Assembly (NCBI GenBank): GCA_011523765.1
Contig: WTGA01000133.1
Span: 1 to 54,858, forward strand
Direction of reading: 5' to 3'
Source: Gammaproteobacteria bacterium
Lineage (GTDB): Bacteria > Pseudomonadota > Gammaproteobacteria > Arenicellales > Poriferihabitantaceae
Length of the DNA stretch: 54,858 nt
Shown here: in pieces, positions 48,624-54,858 of the stretch
How the letters are laid out: each line of letters begins with the position of its first letter
Numbering within the stretch: position 1 is the first letter of the stretch
The notes under the pieces: generated by a model
What the model was told of the DNA's origin: nothing
Databases searched by the model: none
The model's input: the letters and a program-made list of their open reading frames with translations, nothing else
Made by a program: the position numbers and the translations under genes

Positions 48624-48689
48624 TTGCACCACCTATCGATTTATAAAGTATTGGCTGGCAGATAACACCTGTGCTGACCTTTCTTTTTT

Positions 48690-48707
48690 ATACCACAATT
48701 GTGGTAT
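48690..48707. promoter_or_regulatory. 18-bp perfect palindrome, putative operator upstream of the hisA-like gene
   Basis: ATACCACAATTGTGGTAT in AT-rich intergenic DNA. Confidence 0.55.
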
Positions 48708-48715
48708 TTCTTACA

Positions 48716-48749
48716 GTTTGTTGGCAATGACTGTTTGTTGGCAATGACT
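48716..48749. repeat. 17-bp exact tandem duplication
   Basis: GTTTGTTGGCAATGACT x2. Confidence 0.9.
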
Positions 48750-48913
48750 CAGCAATTCCCGCCAGGAAAAATTTTCATCTAAATGCGGACCAATGGCCGG
48801 ATTTTCGGTGGGAAGGATTTTCAGGGCGATGCAGGCCCGTTCTGCAGGGGGTTGCAGAAAAAAAGCAGGCTTGGTTTTCGCTGAAGAACGGTCTGGAGCA
48901 CCCCGGGCTTCGG

Positions 48914-49738
48914 CTATTCGGCCTGCCAGACGATCGGGCAAAGATCGCTGACCAGTGGCTCCCCGGGCTTCACACCGAATTTCATGACTTCAGCACTGAT
49001 ATTGGGATCATCGCCTCCCGGTACGACGCGATAGCGTGCGTCTTCACCCAGCCATTGCACCGACACCGTTCTGCGACCGAGGTTCGCCGGCAGGTTGCCC
49101 GACCCTCCGTGCACCAGCATTCCGTGAAAGACGACGCAATCTCCAGGCTCCATGGCCCATGAAACGATATCATAGCCCTCCCGATGGGCCTCGATATCCG
49201 GGAATGGCTGTAAATCCGGGGAATCATCGTCCACGTACCGGGTCTGGAAGAACGGATCGCGAGCATATTTCGTTTTCCAGCGATGGGACCCACGCACAAA
49301 TTCGAGCGCGGTTTCGGCAGGCACGGCATCCAGCGGCATCCATATGCTGCACGCCTGCTCGCCCTCTGCGGACCAGGAGGGCTGGTCCTGGTGCCAGGGC
49401 GTCCTGTGTTGCGTCCCGGGAGTTCTTGCAAACACGGTGAGGTAGAAAGGGATGGCATACGGGGATTTCATCAAGCGGCCGGCCGCCCCGGCCATGGGGG
49501 ACGCCAGCATGAGGTGATCAAATTCATCAATTTCACCCACGGTGCGGGCATCAAAAAAGAAGTGCCCGCGGGATTGCTCATCATCCACGTAAATCTTGCT
49601 GCGCGAACTCGGTTCGAGGCGACAACGTTCGATTCCCGAAGCCAGTGCCTCCAACCATGGTTGGGCAAAGTACTTGCGCAATACAATCACGCCATCGCGC
49701 TGGTAATTTTCGATCTGCTGTTCGGATATTGTCGGCAC
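48914..49738 (-). CDS. Phytanoyl-CoA dioxygenase (PhyH) family protein
   Basis: YQRDGVIVLR, TPWHQD, WMPLD, GSHRW, PGDCVVFH..VHG, RR. Confidence 0.92.
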   Translation of the reverse strand: MPTISEQQIENYQRDGVIVLRKYFAQPWLEALASGIERCRLEPSSRSKIYVDDEQSRGHFFFDARTVGEIDEFDHLMLASPMAGAAGRLMKSPYAIPFYLTVFARTPGTQHRTPWHQDQPSWSAEGEQACSIWMPLDAVPAETALEFVRGSHRWKTKYARDPFFQTRYVDDDSPDLQPFPDIEAHREGYDIVSWAMEPGDCVVFHGMLVHGGSGNLPANLGRRTVSVQWLGEDARYRVVPGGDDPNISAEVMKFGVKPGEPLVSDLCPIVWQAE

Positions 49739-49741
49739 GGA

Positions 49742-49876
49742 TCAGCCTTCCAACGCCGGAATCACGTTCTTTTGGAATTCAGGCATGCAATACGGACTGG
49801 CACCGGTTCTGCCGGCATCCAGGACGATCCCGGCCGTTGCCCTCATCTCATCCATCGATGCCAGATACAAATTCAT
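49742..49876 (-). CDS. Possible 44-aa small ORF or gene remnant
   Basis: AAGAGGA RBS before ATG; MNLYLASMDEMRATAGIVLDAGRTGASPYCMPEFQKNVIPALEG; stop 3 nt before the phyH start. Confidence 0.4.
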   Translation of the reverse strand: MNLYLASMDEMRATAGIVLDAGRTGASPYCMPEFQKNVIPALEG

Positions 49877-50082
49877 TTATTCCTCTTTCTTTTCAAATCT
49901 TTCCCGGTTCATGGCGCAGACGACAATATCAGGATTCCGGGACGCAAATTTCACCCGGATACGGTTCAGGCCCGGATGCGAGGGGAATCCGGGAATCAAG
50001 GTGCGTACTGTCGGACCTGGATGCATCTTGGGCTTGACAGTACGGCGGGCTCTTTCAATATCCTGAATATGGCCCATACAGG

Positions 50083-51102
50083 TCATTGGGTTTGCAAGTA
50101 CGGATTGGTGCCGTGGTAGTGCCGGGCCACGACATCCGGATGCGCCCGCATTCGGAATTTCAGGGTATTGTCCCCGAAAGTCGGGAACACCCGGTCACCG
50201 GGGTCGGTATTCTGGCCGCCCGCAGCCTTGGCGGCGAGTTCCGGCGGGAGATCGACCGGCTTGAATACCGCATCCAGCCTCGGATTCATGAAATAGGCAA
50301 TGGAGATTCGCTGTTTGCCCGGTGGCGGGCTTTCGACCCGATGTTTGGTGGCACGCAAATAGCCGTGGCTGGCCACCTGCAGCATTTCGCCCAGGTTTAC
50401 CACGTAGGCACCGGGAACCGGCTCTACGTCAAACAGTCTCCCGTCTTTTTCCACCTGTAACCCGGGCACCTCGTCCTGGAGAATCAGGGTCACCAGGCCG
50501 GAATCATGATGCAGGCCCAGCCCCTGCCCGGTATATGCATGGGCTGACCGGGCAGGATAACGGACGATTTTCAAACGCGTATACGGGTCGGGAGACATGG
50601 TGTCGTCAAAGAAGTCCATGGATTGGCCGAGCCCCACAGCCAGAGCGCGGATGATCGCCAGTCCGAGAGATTGAATCGCCTCCATCCAGGAAACCACTGC
50701 CGCACGCATTTCGGGCAGACCGGCCGGCCATTGGTTCGGTCCTCGCAGGTGCAGCCACAGGGGGTCGTTCGGACCCACTGCCAAAGCGGGTTCTTCGGGG
50801 CCGATATCCAGCTGATCCCGCCAGTCATGCTGGCCGGCAGTCACTTCATCGCCGAGCACGGTATACCCCCGGAAATGGGGGGAATTGGCGATGGCAATCC
50901 GGTGCCGCTCGTTTTCAGGCAACGCGAAGAAACGCCGTGCCAACACGATCATCTCGTTATTCTTGTCCAAAGAGACCCCGTGGCCAACCAGGTAAAAGAA
51001 ACCGGGATCGTGGCAGGTCTCGAGAAGTGCGGTTACAAAGTCCCCGCCCTCTTTGCCTGCAGGATTGCTCAAAAAGCTGGAGATGTCGTGGGTCGGGAGC
51101 AA
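50083..51102 (-). CDS. Isopenicillin N synthase-like Fe(II)/2OG oxygenase
   Basis: GFFYLVGHGV, FRGY, GPNQWP, HHDSG (HxD), NLGEML, HRV, RISIAYF (RxS). Confidence 0.92.
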   Translation of the reverse strand: MLPTHDISSFLSNPAGKEGGDFVTALLETCHDPGFFYLVGHGVSLDKNNEMIVLARRFFALPENERHRIAIANSPHFRGYTVLGDEVTAGQHDWRDQLDIGPEEPALAVGPNDPLWLHLRGPNQWPAGLPEMRAAVVSWMEAIQSLGLAIIRALAVGLGQSMDFFDDTMSPDPYTRLKIVRYPARSAHAYTGQGLGLHHDSGLVTLILQDEVPGLQVEKDGRLFDVEPVPGAYVVNLGEMLQVASHGYLRATKHRVESPPPGKQRISIAYFMNPRLDAVFKPVDLPPELAAKAAGGQNTDPGDRVFPTFGDNTLKFRMRAHPDVVARHYHGTNPYLQTQ

Positions 51103-51437
51103 CAGGTTTTCCTGCGGTTCGGGTTCCGAAACATTTTAGCAAGGATGCGGTGTACTGTCATGGAATCCAAAGTGAATCCATCATCGGTTTGGAGTCGTAC
51201 TGTCCAGCACCCTCATCCACCAAGTCATCAAAATTCCATTATCAAATATGCCGAAATCCGATTCCGCTGTCCAGATATGCTTCTGGAAACTGCTTCTGGA
51301 AACCAGGCCGTCTGCCTCCGCTTCGGGCCGTTCAATCATCCATTCACTCCGTATCAGCCAGACCGCATCCGGACCATTTCCAGACACAACGGACTGTGCG
51401 GATGCGCAAGCATTTTTGGGATTCTTAACTCATCATA

Positions 51438-51573
51438 ACGACCGTTTTTACAATCATATTTTAATATTATGACTGTATTAATGGTCATTTATTCTTGATG
51501 TTCTCATAGAGAATATTTAAAATAGCCTGTTATTACAGTTATATCCAGTATATATGACTGTTTTTACAGTCAT
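51438..51573. promoter_or_regulatory. Array of four 20-bp palindromic operators (consensus ATGACTGT-N4-ACAGTCAT) upstream of hipBA
   Basis: Sites at 51438-51457, 51469-51488, 51523-51542 and 51554-51573 (the last is perfect); two pairs, each with 31-bp spacing. Confidence 0.8.
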
Positions 51574-51591
51574 TGAATGCAGGAGAGCAGG

Positions 51592-51924
51592 ATGGCCAAG
51601 CCAAGAGTCTATTCAAAAGTCACGCAAGAGGCCATAAAGTTGCTCAGCAGGCAAATCAAAATTGCACGAAAGCAACGCGGCTGGTCTGAAAATGAACTGG
51701 CAACGCGGGCTGGGATTGCGAGAGCAACGGTCCAAAAAATTGAACGCGGCGACCTGGGTTGTGCAATCGGTTTGGTGTTCGAAGTGGCCATTGTGGTTGG
51801 CGTGAGACTCTTCGATGCAGAGCTCAATTCACTAAAAGCCCATACAAGACATGCGGATGAAATTCTCGTGCTGCTCCCTAAACACACGCACACGTCAAAG
51901 AGGGTAGTGAACGATGCCTTCTAA
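51592..51924 (+). CDS. XRE-family HTH antitoxin (HipB-like)
   Basis: IKIARKQRGWSENELATRAGIARATVQKIERG HTH; overlaps the hipA start; AGGAG RBS. Confidence 0.88.
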   Translation: MAKPRVYSKVTQEAIKLLSRQIKIARKQRGWSENELATRAGIARATVQKIERGDLGCAIGLVFEVAIVVGVRLFDAELNSLKAHTRHADEILVLLPKHTHTSKRVVNDAF

Positions 51925-53248
51925 GCGAACCGAACATCAGGGAGCTTATGTGTGGATTTGGCTGCCCAAGGCAACCGAGCCGGTCGTTGCAGGACAGCTT
52001 GTGCCGGAAGGAGACACCCTTCTGTTCCATTACGGGCAAAGTTATCTGGGCCGGGAAGATGCGATTTCGCTCTATACTCCTGAATTACCGTTACAGGCAG
52101 GCGGCCTGCCACTGCTACCCGGGTTATCCATTCCGGGGTGTATTCGAGATGGAGCACCGGATGCGTGGGGTCGCCGAGTCCTCCTGAACAAGGTTCTGGG
52201 GGTAAAAAGCAAGGATGCGGATGTCGGCGAGTTGAGTGAATTGGCCTGCCTGCTTGAATCCGGATCGGACCGGATTGGAGCGTTGGATTTCCAGCGCTCT
52301 CCAACCGAATATGTCCCGCGCTCACTGAAGAGCGCAACGCTGGATGAACTGGTGCAATCAGCACAAAGAGTCGAACAAGGAATTCCCCTCACCCCCGAAC
52401 TCGATTCGGCTTTACATCATGGAAGTTCGATCGGAGGGGGCCGGCCGAAAGCGCTGATCGAAGATGGAAGCAAAAAATACGTTGCCAAATTCCCGTCAGA
52501 CAGCGACACGTACAGCGTGGTGAAAGGTGAGTACATTGCGATGCGGTTAGCCCAGCTTTGTGGGCTGGATGTGGCACCAGTTGGGCTTGAAAGCTCTTCA
52601 AATAAAGACGTCCTTTTGATCGAACGTTTTGACCGCACCCAGACAGATCAAGGTTGGCACAGACGATCCGTACTGTCCGCTCTGACCCTCCTCAGGCTCG
52701 ATGAAATGATGGCGCGCTATGCAAGCTATGCGGACTTCGCAGAGATCATTCGTCACCATTTCACGAACGCCGCTGAGACGCTGGAAGAGCTGTTCGGGCG
52801 ACTGGTCTTCAATATTCTGTGCAGCAATACCGATGACCATGCCCGCAACCACGCCGCCCTCTGGGATGGCTCCAGGCTTTCACTCACCCCGGCGTATGAT
52901 ATTTGCCCCCAAGCCCGCACCGGCAACGAAACCGGCCAGGCCATGAAAATATCCGGAGACAACCGCCAGAGCCGTATCTCATCCTGCCTTGATGCCGCAC
53001 ACCATTTTCTGTTATCGGAAAAGAACGCCCTGGAGATTATCGCCCGGCAAGTTTTGGCGATCACTGCGTATTGGCACGAAATTTGCGCCCTGTGCGATTT
53101 GCACGAGACGGACCGAAACCTGTTCTGGGGCCGTCAGTTCTTGAACCCCTTTGCATTCGAGGACCTGGAAGGGAATGCAACCTCAATCAAATCGCTTGCT
53201 GACGAAGGCCGGGAGAAAAATAAAAGCCAGGTGTCAAAATCGGCCTGA
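51914..53248 (+). CDS. hipA: HipA family Ser/Thr kinase toxin
   Basis: N-terminal coupling domain (APDAWGRRV, DRIGAL), SIGGGRPKA, IERFDR, NTDDHARNH, LTPAYDI. Confidence 0.92.
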   Translation: MPSKRTEHQGAYVWIWLPKATEPVVAGQLVPEGDTLLFHYGQSYLGREDAISLYTPELPLQAGGLPLLPGLSIPGCIRDGAPDAWGRRVLLNKVLGVKSKDADVGELSELACLLESGSDRIGALDFQRSPTEYVPRSLKSATLDELVQSAQRVEQGIPLTPELDSALHHGSSIGGGRPKALIEDGSKKYVAKFPSDSDTYSVVKGEYIAMRLAQLCGLDVAPVGLESSSNKDVLLIERFDRTQTDQGWHRRSVLSALTLLRLDEMMARYASYADFAEIIRHHFTNAAETLEELFGRLVFNILCSNTDDHARNHAALWDGSRLSLTPAYDICPQARTGNETGQAMKISGDNRQSRISSCLDAAHHFLLSEKNALEIIARQVLAITAYWHEICALCDLHETDRNLFWGRQFLNPFAFEDLEGNATSIKSLADEGREKNKSQVSKSA

Positions 53249-53347
53249 ACTCTTGAACCAGAAAACTCTCTCGCTTTCTCTGCAGCAACCATTGATGTAC
53301 CATCAAATCGTAAACTGGTTAAAACCTGTAATGCCTGTTCACAAAAA

Positions 53348-54493
53348 ATGAAGATGACTGTAGAGTCCTCAACACCATCAGCCAAAAACGACATTCACCT
53401 TTCGGACCTGTCCATCAGCGGGCTTCGTGGAATTGAAAACATTTCAATTTCCCGGTTAGGACGCGCAACATTGTTTGCTGGAGAAAACGGAGTTGGAAAA
53501 ACGACCCTGCTGGATGCTATTCGTATATATGCCTCTCAAAGCCATTATCGTGTTCTCCAGAAGATATTGCAGAACCGTGAGGAAGTAACCACCATTGCCG
53601 ACGAAGATGGTGCTACGCTGGCTCTTGACTGGAGGGCTCTTTTCCATGACCGACACTTTCGGAAAGGAATTGCCATATCAATCGGGCCAAAGGCCGAACA
53701 CCAGAAACTCCATATCAAAATTGTTTCGGGGGAAGAACAAAATATCCGGGGCCGAAATGGAAATCACAGGGATATCTTCGAAGGAGATGACCTGATACTC
53801 CAAGCTGAATTTAAAGGGGAAAAGCGGTTTATTCGGATGATTTCGGACGATAGGGATTCTTCCCTTTATTCTCGTCGTTTGGTGGAGTCTCATCACAATG
53901 CGCCGGTGTTTCGATGCGAATCCGTGGGCCCGGAATTGCTGAGTAACAGAGATATAGCAAGGTTCTGGGACAACGTGGCACTTACAGATAATGAAGACCA
54001 TGCGTTGGAAGCGTTGCGGTTGATTTTCGGTGAGAAAGTGGAACGGGTTGCAGTCATTGGTGATGAACCTAGAACCAGAAATCCTTGCCTGAACGGCAGG
54101 AGGGTAATCGTAAAGGTAAAGGGTGAAAAATCGACAATCCCTCTAAAAGGCCTTGGCGACGGTGCCGTACGCCTCTTCGGAGTCGCTTTGGCGCTTGCTA
54201 ACAACAAAGAGGGGTTTGTGGTGATTGATGAAGCGGAAAACGGCATCCATCATTCCGTACAGCGTGATTTTTGGCGAATGGTTTTGACCATCGCACACAA
54301 CCAAAACATTCAGGTTTTTGCGACCACCCATAGCTGGGACTGCGTGAAGGGTTTTGCGCAAGCAGCCACGGAGTTAAGCAAAGTGGACGGACGCCTGGTA
54401 CGCATCGAGAAGTCGGATGATCAGGTTAGTGCGGTTGAATATTCAGAAGAGGAGCTTGATATCGCCACTAGACAACATATCGAAGTAAGGTAG
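53348..54493 (+). CDS. ABC-type ATPase (AAA_15/AAA_21, AbiEii/OLD-like)
   Basis: GENGVGKTT Walker A, LGDG signature, VIDEAENGIH Walker B/D-loop, TTHS H-loop, C-terminal IEVR. Confidence 0.88.
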   Translation: MKMTVESSTPSAKNDIHLSDLSISGLRGIENISISRLGRATLFAGENGVGKTTLLDAIRIYASQSHYRVLQKILQNREEVTTIADEDGATLALDWRALFHDRHFRKGIAISIGPKAEHQKLHIKIVSGEEQNIRGRNGNHRDIFEGDDLILQAEFKGEKRFIRMISDDRDSSLYSRRLVESHHNAPVFRCESVGPELLSNRDIARFWDNVALTDNEDHALEALRLIFGEKVERVAVIGDEPRTRNPCLNGRRVIVKVKGEKSTIPLKGLGDGAVRLFGVALALANNKEGFVVIDEAENGIHHSVQRDFWRMVLTIAHNQNIQVFATTHSWDCVKGFAQAATELSKVDGRLVRIEKSDDQVSAVEYSEEELDIATRQHIEVR

Positions 54494-54858
54494 TTCACGG
54501 GAGCCAACCCTTTTTGATGCCGGAAAAACATATTCATTTACCGGATGGTCACCCGGAAGTGGAGTCCATAGTGAATAAGTTGGCACACAGAACCCTGAAC
54601 CGTGCAAATCTCCTGACAAAGGCACGAAAACGCCGAAATCAGGCGAAATTCGGCGGGAATGAGGCGAAAATCAGGGGGTCGAGCCGCCAGGCGGTGAGAA
54701 AAATGTTAAAGATGGGTTAGGGATGCATTCATCCGTATCAAGACTTTTTCAACCGTGATAAAGCTGACTTTGCGCGTTCTTTCCACGGTATACGAAATTA
54801 TTGGGTAATAGGGGCAACTTCCCGGGTTAGTCGCCTTCTGGGATAGTCTCCCTGGATT

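Noticed and set aside
54514-54720. 68-aa ORF or IS remnant after the ATPase
   Set aside because: No clear RBS, transposase motif or verifiable terminal repeat.

Overview
The window looks like GC-rich chromosomal DNA from a proteobacterium, most likely a marine Gammaproteobacterium (inferred from the lepA-lepB-rnc-era-recO order, a dmdA-like gene and the transporter/oxygenase content). From left to right it holds: (1) the core lepA-lepB-rnc-era-recO' operon; (2) an accessory catabolic stretch with a DMT exporter, two SAM methyltransferases, a DecR-like Lrp regulator with a divergent small gene, an FMN alpha-hydroxy-acid oxidase, a TonB-dependent receptor, a CocE/NonD hydrolase, SnoaL-like and DUF1989 proteins, a sulfatase, a 2OG-Fe(II) oxygenase, Mrr and an MFS transporter; (3) a peptide/opine-type ABC importer; (4) a cobalamin cluster (cbiX-cobU-cobT-cobC-cobS and, divergently, chlD-like-cobO-cobB) split by an AT-rich insert encoding a 73-aa protein and a ClpP-fold (SDH/S49-type) serine protease; (5) a DMSP demethylation-like locus (dmdA-like, acyl-CoA ligase, 3-hydroxyacyl-CoA dehydrogenase, second FMN oxidase); (6) an M24 amidohydrolase, a DMT, a HisA paralogue with altered catalytic motifs and two more 2OG oxygenases; (7) a hipBA-type module with a four-site operator array and an orphan ABC-type ATPase. 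The best leads are the small protein + Clp-fold protease cassette, an in-frame G_GGA_AAG slippery site in the chlD-like linker, a 30-bp repeat/30-bp insert/30-bp repeat inside the CocE gene, and a 14-bp duplication that creates a bridging mini-ORF between cobU and cobT. I recognised no rRNA, tRNA, CRISPR array or intact transposase. All product calls come from motif recognition by eye; no database search was run.
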